Assembly: GCA_963842525.1 (NCBI GenBank)
Contig: CAWJGT010000024.1
Span: 32,001-96,000 of the forward strand
Length of the DNA: 64,000 bases
Source of the DNA: an uncultured Holophagales bacterium
Lineage (GTDB): Bacteria > Acidobacteriota > Thermoanaerobaculia > Multivoradales > UBA5704
Direction: 5' to 3'
Below the pieces are notes generated by a model. That model did no database searches and was not told where the DNA came from. It saw only the letters and a list, made by a program, of their open reading frames with translations. Made by a program: the position numbers and the translations under genes. This document shows, one piece after another, positions 10,166 through 20,894 of the stretch. Each line of letters begins with the position of its first letter. Position 1 is the stretch's first letter.

Positions 10166-11926
10166 TCAACTCCGGGAGACCACGACGTCCCCCAACACCA
10201 GGCGGTCCATGCGGGTGCGCAGGAAGCAGTCCAGCGCCTCGGCGGGCGTGTTGACGATGGGCTCGTTCTCGTTGAAGGAGGTGTTGAGCACCATGGGCAC
10301 GCCGGTCCGCTCCTCGAAGGCGCGGATCAGCTTCCAGTAGCGCGGGTTGGCCCGCCGCGACACGGTCTGCAGTCGTCCGGTGCCGTCCACGTGGGTGACG
10401 GCGGGGATCAGGGGCCGCTTCTCGGGCCGGATCGGATAGACCTTGATCATGAACGGGTCCGGATGGTCGATGGTGAACCACGTCGCCCGTGCGCTCCTCC
10501 AGGACCGAGGGGGCGAACGGTCGGAAGGACTCCCGGCGCTTGATCTTGAGGTTGAGGAGGTCCTTCATGTCCGCCCGCCGCGGATCGGCCAGGATCGAGC
10601 GGTTGCCGAGGGCCCGCGGCCCCCATTCCGAGCGTCCCTGGTACCAGCCGACGACCTCGCCGCGGGCGAGAGCCTCGGCGGTCTCCACTGCCAGGCGGTC
10701 CTCGTCAGGGACCGCCTCGACACGGACCTCCCCCCACCTGCCGTCCATTCCCCCCGACTCCGGGAGCCCCGCGGCGATCGCCTTGCGGATCTCCGCCTCG
10801 CCGTATGCCGGACCCCAGGAGCAGTGCTCCATGACGAAGCCGTTCCGTGGCGCGCCGAGCACGGCGTGGTGGACCCAGAGGGCCGCTCCCAGGGAGGTGC
10901 CGGCGTCGCCGGCCGCGGCCTGGATGTAAACGTCCTGGACGTCCGTCCGGTCGAAGAGCTTGCCGTTGGCGAGCGAGTTCATGGCGCAGCCGCCGGCCAG
11001 GGCCAGGCGCGACAGGCCGGTCCGCCTCTGGAGGGCGCGCACCAGGGCGAAGAAGCGCTCCTCGTAGACGGCCTGGAGCGAGGCGGCGAGGTCCTTGTGG
11101 CGTTGCGTCAGCTCCTCGTCCGGGCGCCGGGCCGGCCCCAGGAGCTCCTCCAGCGCCGGGGTGAAGACCCGGCCGAGCTCGGGGTAGCCGTCCTCCCAGG
11201 TCATGTCCACGCCCTCGGAGAGGTGGCGGAAGTAGCGGAGGTCGAGCCGGAACGTGCCGTCCGGCCGCGCGGGCACGACCTGCCGGAGCTCGGCGGCGAA
11301 CGCGGGCTCGCCGTAGGCCGCGAGCCCCATCACCTTGTACTCGTCGCCGAAGCCGGGGAAGCCCGAGGAACTGGGTGACCGCCGTGTAGAAGAGCCCCAG
11401 CGAGTGGGGGAAGTGGACCCGATCGAGGACCTCGACCGAGTTGCCGCGGCCCACGGCCATCATCGGGGAGACGAAATCGCCGAAGCCGTCGACCGTCAGG
11501 CACATCGCCTCCTCGAACGGCGAGCAGAAGAAGGCCGAGGCCACGTGGGCCAGGTGGTGCTCGACGGAATGGAGACGCGGCGAGCGTCCGAAGACGGCGG
11601 CGACCCGCTCCTCCAGCGACTGCACCTGGGCCAGGTTGCGCGCGCGGCCGGCCGCGCGGCGCAGGCGACCGCGGGTGCGAGAGGGCGAGCAGGGCCTTGC
11701 GCAGCAGGTAGGCGCGCGGCTGGCGCGACACCGCCAACGCGGAGACGTCCTCCATCCGGCCGCCCAGCTCGCCCAGGCAGAAGCGCAGGGCCTGCTCCGG
11801 GAACCCCGCCCAGTGCTTGATCCGCCGGAACCGTTCCTCCTCGACGCCGGCCACGAACCGGCCGTCCGCCACCGCCGCGGCCGAGGCGTCCGCATGAAAC
11901 GCGCTGATCCCGAGGATGCGCGTCAT
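10166..11926 (-). CDS. O-carbamoyltransferase (NodU/CmcH/TobZ family), broken by three +1 frameshifts (~11665, ~11363, ~10481)
   Basis: ILGISAFHADAS, EEERFRRIKH, EHHLAH, DGFGD, EYKVMGLAAYG, GPRALGNRSILADPR, KRRESFRPFAP and LNTSFNENEPIV are spread over four ORFs; removing one base at each site restores a single frame. Confidence 0.88.
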
Positions 11927-12850
11927 GCCTTTTCCCCCTCTCCCGGAGGTCGGGAGGGCGGTTGGGAGAGGGGGTCAGGGGGTGAGGGGCTCAACATCTC
12001 CTCCAAGCGCACGTCGACGATCAATCGGAACCAGAAGGCCTGGAGGAAATGGAAGACGAAGCCGTTCTTGCCGTCCAGGAACCCGAACAGGAAGAGATAC
12101 CTGTAGACGAAGTAGAGGAACGGCCGGACGTAGAGGGGCATCCGGTACCAGCGGGTCTTGAGCCAGAGCACCCGCTCGTCGGGCGTGCCGAAGAGGCGTG
12201 GCGCAATGCGCCAGGGCAGGCCGCGCCGCCGCTCCACCTCCTCGCGGGCGAAGGCTTCGGCATAGCGCAGGTGCTTCTGGAGATAGAAGAAAATCGCGTC
12301 CTCCTTGCGGTTCCATTCCTCCAGGGGCGTGCGCAGGCGCCCGACCGGGCCGCTCACGTAGACCCGGGTGTCCTGCTCCACCGGGTCGAGCTCTGCCCTT
12401 CCCGCTGCGGAAGAGCTTGAGGAGGACCTTGCTGCCGTAGCCGCCGAACCGGATCGGCTTGCCACGGAAGATCTGCCGGCGGCGGATGTAGAAGCCGTCC
12501 ATATCCAGGTCAGGCCGGGCGAGCACGGCCGCGATCTCTTCGCGCAGCTCCGGGGTCAGGGCCTGGTCCGCTTCGAGGATCAGGATCCACTCGTTGCGGA
12601 TGGGCAGGTTGTCGAGCCCCCACTGGAAGATCCAGGGGATGATGCGGCCGTGCTCGTAGGGGAGGTTGCGTACTTCGTTCGCATAGCGGCGCGCGATCTC
12701 GATCGTCCGGTCCTCGCTCTCCGAATCGATCACGAAGACCTGGTCGGCGAAGCCGTGGACGCTCTGGAGCGAGCGCTCGATGTTGGCCTCTTCGTTGCGG
12801 GTCGTGAAGAGGACGGTCAGGGGGGCGCGGAGCCGCGGAGCCTCGTTCAC
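11923..12850 (-). CDS. Glycosyltransferase family 2 (beta-1,4-glucosyltransferase-like), one +1 frameshift near 12398
   Basis: TTRNEEANI, VIDSES and WILILEAD in one frame; FYLQKHLRYA and GFLDGKNGFVFHFLQAFWFR in the next; GTGA and ATGA overlaps at both ends. Confidence 0.82.
11934..11990 (-). repeat. ~55-bp GC-rich palindromic (REP-like) element, copy 1
   Basis: Minus strand CCCCTCACCCCCTGACCCCCTCTCCCAACCGCCCTCCCGACCTCCGGGAGAGGGGG; stem CCCCCTCTCCC/GGGAGAGGGGG; closely similar to the copy at 14967. Confidence 0.75.
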
Positions 12851-13800
12851 GCCCCGGTCGCCTGGCGTTCTTCCGGCCGGCAGGCCAGGACCGTGATGAA
12901 CCGTTCGCGTCGCGTGATCCGGGCGCGAATCCGCACGAAACCGGCGGCGTCCAGGAGCCTCGTCGACGACTCGACGGAATGGTGGGCCACGTGGATGGGC
13001 AGCTCGAGATAGCCCAGAAACGGCGAGGAAGCGAGGTCCTCCACCTCCAGCCACGGGTAGATGGAGGGGAAGGTCATCACCAGCAGCCCGCCCGGTCGCA
13101 GCAGCCGGTGGAGCTCCTGCAGGAGGTCCAGGGGGGCCACGAGGTGCTCGAAGACATGCTCGAGGCGGACGCAGTCCAGGGAGGCTGCAGCGAGGCGCGC
13201 CAAGTCCCCAGGAGGGATGACCCGGATCCCCTGGGCTGCCAGCTCCCTCCCCCTCTCGCTGTTGGCCGCGATGTCGTAACCGGCCAGGTGGGAATACCCC
13301 AGGAGCCGCAAGGCCAGGAGCCACGAGCCGCTGCCGTACCCGTAGTCGAGGATGCTGGCGTCCCTGGGCAGGGTGAGAGGGATGCCCAGGGTGAACGTCA
13401 CCGTTTTCCGGGTCAGGGCCTCGGCAAGGGCCGCCACGAGGGAGCGGGCGTTGTTGACCCACCCCGGATGGGTGAGGTGGAGATAGCGCAGGCGGGCCAG
13501 CGCGTACTTCAGGGAGCCCACCTCCTGCCCCGGGTGGTCGCCCGCGGCCTGGTAGTAGGCGTAGTCGCTTGTATAGAAGCGTTCCAGCACGGCCTCGGAC
13601 GGTGTCGGATGGACGAAGCCCAGGCGGCAGCGGCTACAGAGCCGGAGCTCGATAGGACAGGCTGGCGGTCCGGCCGTCGTCCTGGTAGGTCGATTCGCCC
13701 TGGAGCAGTACGCGGGTGTTGGCGAGCGTGCAGTCGGGCTCAAGACAGAAGCGATTGACGGGCAACCTCGGATGTTCCTCCAGATCGGGCTTTAGAATAG
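12847..13800 (-). CDS. Class I SAM-dependent methyltransferase with an N-terminal Cys motif (zinc-ribbon-like); probable +1 frameshift near 13655, start uncertain
   Basis: LCSRCRLGFVHP, ILDYGYGSG, LEHVFEHL; the N-terminal CLEPDC segment lies in the adjacent frame (13634..13990 ORF). Confidence 0.72.
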
Positions 13801-13829
13801 AACGAACCCCTGCCTCCGTCGAGCCGGGC

Positions 13830-14972
13830 TCAACGGGCCTCTCCGCCGCGGATGCGGGCGGCGGCCTGCAGCAGGCCCCGCCAGGTGGCGGCGTAGTCCC
13901 AGGCGGCGAGGACGGCCCGGTTGTGCTCGCGGACCTGCTCGGGCCGGAGCAGCAGGGCCTCGTCGATCCGCCGGCCGAGCTCGCCGTCATTGCCGGCCTC
14001 GTAGGTGGAGCCGTTCTTCCCCGGCGTGATCAGATCGAGGGCCGCGCCGACCCGGGAGGAGGTGATGACCGGCAGGCCGCAGGCCAGGGCTTCGGCCACC
14101 GAGACGCCCCAGCGCTCCTCCCGCGCGGGATGGAGGAAGAGGTCCGACGCCGCATAGACCGAGGGCAGCTCCGGATAGGGCACGTAGCCGAGGAAGACGA
14201 CGCGCAGGAGACCCCGTTCGCGGACGAACCGCTCGAGCTCGGGGCGTTCCGGGCCGTCTCCCGCGAGGACCAGCCAGATGCCCGGATCGTAGCGCCGCGC
14301 AAAGGCGCGGAGGAGATCCCACGGCGCCTCCCGCGGGTGGAGCTTGGCCACACAGAGGAGCACGCGGGCGTCCGCCGGCACGCCCCACGACGCCCGCACC
14401 GCCGCCCGTTGCTCGGGCGAGAGGGCCGAGCGCCGGCGGAAGCCGGCCACGTCCACGGCATAGGGAAAGAGGGCCGTGCGCTCCTCGGGGACGCCGAAGT
14501 GGCGAAGATAGCGGAGGGTCAGCGTCCCGACGCCGAAAAAGAGGCGGTACATCCGCTTCAGATAGAGGGCGAAGAGCAGCCGCCTGGTGTGCTCGCGGGG
14601 CGGCGGCGTCTCGAAGAGGGCGGAGTCGAGGCGCAGGCCGGTCGGGCTGCCGGCCAGCCGCGCCATCGCAGCCGCTTGCAGATAGGCCTTGTGGGTGTAG
14701 CCGTTGACGATGACGAGGTCGTTGCGCTCCCGCCGCAACTCGCGGGCGAGCCAGCGGATCCGCCCCTGCGCCGGGCAGACCGCGTGATCGTAGCCGCTCA
14801 GCAGGTCGAACCCCCAGGACACGGTGTGGCCGAGCTCGGGATCGAAGACGGGCTGGTCGAGGCGGGGCTCGGTATAGATCACGCGCAGCCGGTTGTCCGG
14901 ATCGGTGGCCGCATAGCGGTACAGGGGGACCTCGAACTGGGTGGGACGTTCGACGACGAAGGAGAGCCTCAC
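13830..14972 (-). CDS. Glycosyltransferase family 4
   Basis: LLCVAKLHPRE, LAGDGPER, EERWGVSVAEALACGLPVI; GTG 14972 overlaps the upstream stop. Confidence 0.88.
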   Translation of the reverse strand: MRLSFVVERPTQFEVPLYRYAATDPDNRLRVIYTEPRLDQPVFDPELGHTVSWGFDLLSGYDHAVCPAQGRIRWLARELRRERNDLVIVNGYTHKAYLQAAAMARLAGSPTGLRLDSALFETPPPREHTRRLLFALYLKRMYRLFFGVGTLTLRYLRHFGVPEERTALFPYAVDVAGFRRRSALSPEQRAAVRASWGVPADARVLLCVAKLHPREAPWDLLRAFARRYDPGIWLVLAGDGPERPELERFVRERGLLRVVFLGYVPYPELPSVYAASDLFLHPAREERWGVSVAEALACGLPVITSSRVGAALDLITPGKNGSTYEAGNDGELGRRIDEALLLRPEQVREHNRAVLAAWDYAATWRGLLQAAARIRGGEAR

Positions 14973-15020
14973 CCCCTGGCCCCCTCTCCCATCGCTCTCC
15001 CCCCGACCGGGAGAGGGGGG
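14967..15020 (+). repeat. ~55-bp palindromic (REP-like) element, copy 2, opposite orientation to copy 1
   Basis: CCTCACCCCCTGGCCCCCTCTCCCATCGCTCTCCCCCCGACCGGGAGAGGGGGG. Confidence 0.75.
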
Positions 15021-16156
15021 ACGTTGCTGGCGCGGATGTGGTGATAGGCGGCTTCCATCTCGGCGGCGACGGCCTCCCATCTGAAGCGCCGCCTTGCTGC
15101 CTCGGCTCCTCGTCGGCCCATGGCGTCCGTGGCGGCGGGATCGGCGAGGAGGTCTCGGAGGGCGGCGCCGAGACGGCTCGGCTCTCCCTCGACGACCACA
15201 CCCGCACCCTCCTCCTGGACGACCGCGGCGAGGCCGACCTCAGGGGTGACGACGACGGGGCGGCCTGCGGCCATGGATTCCAGGGCGGAGTTGCCGAAAT
15301 TCTCGGAGTAGGAGGGGAGGACCAGGGCGATGGCGCGGTGGAGGAGCGCTGCCTTGTCCGCACCGTCGACCGGGCCGAGGAAGACCACGCGATCGGCGAC
15401 TCCCACCTCCCTGGCGAGGGACTCCAGCTTCGGCCGGTATCCCTCCTCGTCGTTGCCGGCGAGGGCGAGGGTGGCGCCGGGGACGTGGGCCAGGGCGGGG
15501 ATCAGTCGGTCGAGCCCCTTCTTCCAGCTCAGGCGTCCCAGGAAGAGGAAGAACGGCTCCCGGACCGGGATGGAGAGCCCGTCGCCGTCCGGGTCCGGAT
15601 CGATCCCGTTCGGGACCACGAAGACCGGCGGCATCGGCAGGCCGAGGCGCGCCGCCTCGTCCGCCTCCAGCCCGGTCGTGGCATGGAGCCCCGCCGCCCG
15701 GGCCAGCGTATGGCGCTCGAACAGCCGGATCCACAGCGCCTTGCGCCACCGCCCCCGCCGCCGCAGGAGATCGGACACCAGCATGCCGCGCGGTGCGAGC
15801 AGATACGGCACGCCGGCCCGTTCCGCCGCCCGCGCCGCCGCCGTCGTCGGCCACAGGAACACCGAGTGGAGATGGACCAGGTCGAATCTCCCGATCTGTT
15901 CCTTCAAGGCCCTACCCATCGCCGGCGACCTGTACAGCCGCCGCGGCGCGCGCACCGGGAAGTACCAGACCTCCACGCCATCCACCTCGACCGCCTCTCC
16001 AACCCGCACCGCGCCATCCGTATCCACGTCCGTCGTGAACACCGTCACCGCATGCCCCCGCGCCGCCAGCGCCCGGCACAACCCATGGACCGACCGGATC
16101 GGCCCCCCATGTTTCCACGCCGGCACGTACGTCGGTACCACATGCAGAAGCCTCAC
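14969..16156 (-). CDS. Glycosyltransferase family 4
   Basis: VRLLHVVPTYVPAWKHGGP, FLGRLSWKKGLD, SENFGNSALESMAAGRPVV; C-terminal part of the 14969..17452 ORF. Confidence 0.88.
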   Translation of the reverse strand: MRLLHVVPTYVPAWKHGGPIRSVHGLCRALAARGHAVTVFTTDVDTDGAVRVGEAVEVDGVEVWYFPVRAPRRLYRSPAMGRALKEQIGRFDLVHLHSVFLWPTTAAARAAERAGVPYLLAPRGMLVSDLLRRRGRWRKALWIRLFERHTLARAAGLHATTGLEADEAARLGLPMPPVFVVPNGIDPDPDGDGLSIPVREPFFLFLGRLSWKKGLDRLIPALAHVPGATLALAGNDEEGYRPKLESLAREVGVADRVVFLGPVDGADKAALLHRAIALVLPSYSENFGNSALESMAAGRPVVVTPEVGLAAVVQEEGAGVVVEGEPSRLGAALRDLLADPAATDAMGRRGAEAARRRFRWEAVAAEMEAAYHHIRASNVPPLPVGGRAMGEGARG

Positions 16157-17346
16157 GGCAGGAAGCCTCGCAGCAGAGCCGCCAGCCGCTGGTGGTAGGC
16201 CGGCCACGTCGCCGCCTCTGCCGCCCGCCGGCAGGCATCCCGCATCGCCCGCACCTCGCCGGGGTGGCGTGCGCACCAGAGCATCCTTTCGGCCAGGGCC
16301 GGCACGTCGCCGACCTGCACCACCCAGCCCGTCTCCCCCTCGCGCACCAGCTCCTTGGCGCCGACCATCTCCGAGACCAGGACCGGCACGCCCGCGGCGA
16401 GTGCCTCCGTCACTACCATCGCATAGGAGTCGTTGCGCGACGGCAGCACCAGGCAGTCGGCGCGCCGCAGCTCCGCGGCAAGGCCCTGTTGGTCCTTGGT
16501 GCCGGTTGCCACGATCCGTTCGTCCCGGCGCTCCGCCAGCAGGTGCGCGGCATCGCCCGGCGGGCCGACGATGCGCAACCGGACCCCCGGTTGCGCCACC
16601 CGGGCGAAGGCGTCGAGCAGCAGGTCGAACCCTTTGCGGTGGATCGAGGCGCCGGCGAACAGGAAGGTGAAGCCGTCCGGGTCGGCCTCCCCGTCCTGTC
16701 GCGGCGTGAACAGCTCCACGTCGGCGCCTAGAGGCATGGCGTGGACCTTCTCTGGCGGAACGCCCGCCTCCAGGTAGGTCTGGCGGGCGAGCTCCGAGAC
16801 GGTCAGGACATGAGAGGCGAGGGCGATCTCCTCGTCCTTGACGAGGGCGATCCGGCGGTGGAGGGTCGGCGGGTCCGTGGTGCCGTGCAGCCGGTCCTGG
16901 GCCGCGTGGTGGATCGACGGCGCGTCGAGAATCGTGGCCATCCCCAGCCGGCGGGCCTCGCGGAAGGTGTCCAGAGCCGAGATCTCGCAGGCGAGGACCG
17001 CGCCGGCCCGTGCATCCGCCAGGGAGGCCGCCGCCCAGCGGTCGAACAGCCGGCAGGCCCGGAAATCGTTCCAGGCGGCGGCGCGGGCCGGGAGCCAGGC
17101 GTCGCCCAGGCGGCGCAGGGCCGGCGTCACGGGGAACCAGCGCACCAGGGCCGGGTCCAGAGGCACGGGGGCGTAGCGGCCGAGCCGTGCGCGCAGAGGG
17201 CCGGGGACCCTCCGGACCTGCTCCTCCAGCACGGGCACGCCCGCCCAGTAGCCGGCGAGCATCCCGGCCTTCTGGAGGCCGAGCGCCGCCTGGTGTGAAT
17301 GCTGCCGCCCCGGATGGGTGACGACGATGCGGGGAGCACCGCTCAA
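16153..17346 (-). CDS. Glycosyltransferase family 4
   Basis: VTHPGRQHS, FLFAGASIHRKG, DSYAMVVTEALAAGVPV; TTG 17346 overlaps the upstream stop. Confidence 0.85.
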   Translation of the reverse strand: MSGAPRIVVTHPGRQHSHQAALGLQKAGMLAGYWAGVPVLEEQVRRVPGPLRARLGRYAPVPLDPALVRWFPVTPALRRLGDAWLPARAAAWNDFRACRLFDRWAAASLADARAGAVLACEISALDTFREARRLGMATILDAPSIHHAAQDRLHGTTDPPTLHRRIALVKDEEIALASHVLTVSELARQTYLEAGVPPEKVHAMPLGADVELFTPRQDGEADPDGFTFLFAGASIHRKGFDLLLDAFARVAQPGVRLRIVGPPGDAAHLLAERRDERIVATGTKDQQGLAAELRRADCLVLPSRNDSYAMVVTEALAAGVPVLVSEMVGAKELVREGETGWVVQVGDVPALAERMLWCARHPGEVRAMRDACRRAAEAATWPAYHQRLAALLRGFLP

Positions 17347-18809
17347 GGCCGGAGCCTTTCCACGGAACGGAGGTGGTGGGGCACCGGCAGCCTCTCGCCG
17401 GCGGGGCCGGGCACCCGCGGGCGCGCCCGGACGGCCGGCGCGCCTGGAGCACTTGGAGCCATCGCCGGGACGGTCTGCCGGTCGAGGCGGACGATCAGCA
17501 TCAGGAGGCCGGCGAGGAACCAGTAGTAGACCCCCGAGGTCACGTCGAACACCACGCCGCCGGGGAGGGACGCCAGGAAGAAGAGGAAGCAGGCCACGGC
17601 CAGCGAGCGGTGGAACCGGGTGCGCAGGCGCAGGACCTGGCGGAAGGCGAAGACGACCAGCGCGACCCGGGTCGCGTAGACGAGGAAGAACCCCAGGGGG
17701 CCCAGCTCGATCATCACCCGCACGGACTCCGCCTCGTGCACCATCCCGCGGAGCCAACTGTAGGGCACCAGTCCCGGCGTCACCGCGGCGGCGGTTTGGT
17801 GGGTCGACCCGATCCCGAAGCCGAAGAGGTCGATGGCTTCCAGGGCGCGGAAGGGCGCGGTCCAGGGCGCCAGGGCACGATCGACGATCTCCTGGCCCGA
17901 GCCGGCCACCCGTTCCTGGAAGGCCCCGATGGCCGCGGAGCCCGTGACGCTCACCAGGGCGGCCAGGATGGCCACGCCGACGATGATGCGCCCCGCCGTT
18001 GCGCCGCGCTGCTTCTCCCGCCCCACGGCCAGGCGCCAGTAGACCGGGAAGAGGGCGGCCAGGACCACGATCGGGCCGCGCGAGCCGGTCATGAACATGC
18101 CGAGGACCGTCATGCCCAGCGCCAGGTAGGTCTTCAGGTTGCCCCGGAAGCGCCAGCCGGTCATGCCCAGGACGGCCAGCAGCAGGAAGGCGGTGACGAT
18201 CAGGTAGGCGGCATAGCCCGAGATGAAGGAGAAGGTCGCGGTCACGCGCACGAAGGTCGAGCTGCCGAACGTGACCACGTAGTCGGTCTCCGAGCGGGCA
18301 TAGGTGTTGAGGATGCTGGAGGCCGGGCTGAAGAACTGCGCCATGGCCAGGGCCCCGACCGGGATCGAGATCAACAGGTAGCGCCGCAGGAAGCGGGCGA
18401 GGGCGGCGTCGGAAGGCAGGGTCGCCGGGACGATGAAGAGAAGGGGCACGTAGAAGAAGTAGGCCTTGAAGCCCAGGATTCCCACCAGCAGGTTCGGCAG
18501 GTTCGGATTGAAGATCTCCAGAAGCCCGAAGAGGACGCTCAGCGCAATGGTCCCATAGAGGAGAGGAGCCGAAGGGAGCCAGTCCACCTGAGTCTGCCTC
18601 CTCCGGGTCAGAAAACCGGCGTAGGCGGCGAGGAGGAGGACGTCCTTGGCGAAGTAGATGAGATCCTGCGCCCCGGGGAACAGCCACTTGCGGATGGCGC
18701 CCTCGAAGATCAGCAGCACCATGGCGATCTGGATGGCCAACCGCCAGCGGCGGAAGGCCCAGAGCGCGACGCCGGCGCCGGCCACAAGGAGGAGGATGCG
18801 GATGCTCAT
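17343..18809 (-). CDS. Wzy-like polysaccharide polymerase (O-antigen polymerase/ligase superfamily)
   Basis: About 10 TM segments, FEGAIRKW, RVTATFSF, MTGSRG, GFGIG, IELGPLGF; lies inside a glycosyltransferase operon that also encodes a flippase. Confidence 0.7.
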   Translation of the reverse strand: MSIRILLLVAGAGVALWAFRRWRLAIQIAMVLLIFEGAIRKWLFPGAQDLIYFAKDVLLLAAYAGFLTRRRQTQVDWLPSAPLLYGTIALSVLFGLLEIFNPNLPNLLVGILGFKAYFFYVPLLFIVPATLPSDAALARFLRRYLLISIPVGALAMAQFFSPASSILNTYARSETDYVVTFGSSTFVRVTATFSFISGYAAYLIVTAFLLLAVLGMTGWRFRGNLKTYLALGMTVLGMFMTGSRGPIVVLAALFPVYWRLAVGREKQRGATAGRIIVGVAILAALVSVTGSAAIGAFQERVAGSGQEIVDRALAPWTAPFRALEAIDLFGFGIGSTHQTAAAVTPGLVPYSWLRGMVHEAESVRVMIELGPLGFFLVYATRVALVVFAFRQVLRLRTRFHRSLAVACFLFFLASLPGGVVFDVTSGVYYWFLAGLLMLIVRLDRQTVPAMAPSAPGAPAVRARPRVPGPAGERLPVPHHLRSVERLRP

Positions 18810-19834
18810 CGTCGTCTGCGCCCTTCCAGGGCCTCCTCGAACACCTCCAGGTAACGCCGGGCCACGGCGGCGGCGGTGTGCTCCGCCAGGTGGGCAGGGG
18901 CGTGCCGCAGCATCTCCGCCTGGGCCTGGGGCGAGCCCAGGACCTCCGCGAGGACCCCGGCCAGCGCCGCGCTGTCGCCGTTCGGAAAGGTCCGCCCGCA
19001 GGGACCCATGGCTTCGCGCAGCCCTCCCCGCTCGGAGCCCACGACGACGCAGCCACAGGCGATCCCTTCGAGCGCGACGATACCGAACGGCTCCTCGTAG
19101 CGCGAGGGGGCAACCAGGACGCGGTGCTCGTTGAGCAGCCTGACGAGCTCCTCGCCGGTCCGGGTCCCCGGGAAGCGCACCTGCGCGTCGAGCCCGAGGC
19201 GCGCCGCCTGCGCCTGGAGGGCCGGTGCCTCGGGGCCTTCGCCCACCACGGACAGATTCGGCCGCAGCCCCTCCCGGGCGAGCCGGCCGAGGGCGTCGAG
19301 CAGGACGTCCACCCCCTTGTCCGAGACGAGGCGGCCGAGGAATATCAGGTCGCGGCGGCGCTCCACCTCCGGCAGCCGCCGGAACAGCTCGTCCCGGTAG
19401 GGATTGGCGATGACGACCGACGGCGTGCTCAGGTCCGCCGCGATGGCCTCGCTCACCGCGACCGATCCCGCGGCGCGGCGCAGGAGGAGCCGCTTGAGCC
19501 GGTCCTGCCAGGCGATGCGGCCGTCGCCGCGCCGGTACCAACTGTGGTGGGACACCACCCAGGGGCGGCGGACGAGGAGCAGCGGCCACAGCCCGCGCAG
19601 GCTGACGTTGGGCTGGAGGAAGAGGTCGCACCCGCGGGCCAGCCGCAGCAGCTCCCCGGGAGACGGACGCCGGACGACCCGGTACGGAAAACGGTCCGGC
19701 TCGCCGGCCGGCGTCGTCGTGGCCACGACCACCTCCTGGCCCAGGCGCACCAGCTCGCCGGCCAAGGTGGCCACATGGATTTCCAGGCCCCCGATCCAGG
19801 GCAGGAAGGCGCGGGTGGAGATGAGGATCCTCAT
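18806..19834 (-). CDS. Glycosyltransferase family 4
   Basis: MRILIS...GGLE, FLGRLVSDKGVD, EEPFGIVALEGIACG. Confidence 0.88.
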   Translation of the reverse strand: MRILISTRAFLPWIGGLEIHVATLAGELVRLGQEVVVATTTPAGEPDRFPYRVVRRPSPGELLRLARGCDLFLQPNVSLRGLWPLLLVRRPWVVSHHSWYRRGDGRIAWQDRLKRLLLRRAAGSVAVSEAIAADLSTPSVVIANPYRDELFRRLPEVERRRDLIFLGRLVSDKGVDVLLDALGRLAREGLRPNLSVVGEGPEAPALQAQAARLGLDAQVRFPGTRTGEELVRLLNEHRVLVAPSRYEEPFGIVALEGIACGCVVVGSERGGLREAMGPCGRTFPNGDSAALAGVLAEVLGSPQAQAEMLRHAPAHLAEHTAAAVARRYLEVFEEALEGRRRR

Positions 19835-20894
19835 GCGGGCCGCAGCAGATCCGCCAGGGCCACGGCATGCCGGCCGAGGCCGTGGCCGCCGTACCAGGCG
19901 CGGGCGGCATCGGCCGTGCCCTGCAGCGCGCCTGGGTCCGGAGGCCGTCCCGGAGAGAGATAGTGCCGCCCCGCCTCCAAGCCCTGCACGGGCGGCACGG
20001 AGGTGGTGCAGAGGGTGGCCAGGCCGTGGGCGCAGAAGGCCGCGAACACCGACGACTTGGGGAGGAAGTCCGCCGGATAGGCGAGGAACCCGGCGCGCGC
20101 GCGCAGCAGCGCCGCGCTCATCTCCGCGGCGGGGAGCACGCCGAGGTGGACGCGCGGCACCGCGCCTGGACCGGGCGTCGGCGCCGCGACCGGCGGCCCG
20201 GCGTCGGCGACCTCCTCGATGCCCAGGGCCCGGCAGGCGGCCTCCAGCTCCTCGGCATGGTCGCGGTAGACGCGCAGGCGGTTGCCGGCGCTGCCGAAGA
20301 CGAGCATCCGCGGCGGGCGCTCCGCCAGGGGCGGCACCGCCGCGGGCTCCCCCAGCGAGGAGGCCGCCGGCAGGACGGCCGCGGCAGGCCGCCAGCGCCG
20401 CAGGAGGCGGGCGTACAGGTCCAGGCTGGTGGCCGTGGCGTCGCTGGCGCGCGCCAGCCGGGCCGCCAGGCGTCGCTGCACGGGCGAGAGCCAGAACGAG
20501 CTCTGCCAGGGCCGGCCCGTGGCATAGACCTCGTGGAAGAAGGTGACCAGGCGGCAGCCGTCCGCCTCGGCGCGCCACCTCTCCAGGCCATGGACCAGCC
20601 AGGTGGGGCAGCCTCGGGGCTGGTATCCGTAGCCGACGTAGTGGACGAGGACGGCGGCCGGCTCCGCCGCCGTGCCGCCGCGCCACTCCCGCAGCAGCTC
20701 CAGGAGAGCCCCGGCGTCGCGGGCGCGCAACACGGCTGCGGTCCCCTCTTCGGACGGCGCCGGGCGCCAGGAGGGATCGGCCACGGCGAACCGCACCTCG
20801 CCGAGCGCGCCCAGCGGCCCAGCCAGGGAGAGGGCGTAGCTGCCCACCCCGTCGGCAGCCGGGGGAGAGTCGGCACGATCTGCATCAGCCGCAT
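19831..20894 (-). CDS. Glycosyltransferase (GT-B, family 1/4-like), frameshift near 20862 in a C/G run
   Basis: MRLMQIVPTLP in one frame; DGVGSYA, HYVGYGYQPRGCP, FHEVY and KSSVFAAFCAHG in the next. Confidence 0.72.

Noticed and set aside
4293-19910. Very long minus-strand ORFs (e.g. 4293..7892, 5204..8302, 14969..17452, 16153..19113, 17343..19910) suggesting giant fusion proteins
   Set aside because: Their N-terminal parts are Arg/Pro/Gly-rich off-frame read-through of the upstream gene; the real genes start at the stop/start overlaps
20855-20870. Frameshift in a G/C run as a phase-variation switch
   Set aside because: The run is only about 5 bases, and similar indels occur window-wide outside homopolymers, which favours sequencing error
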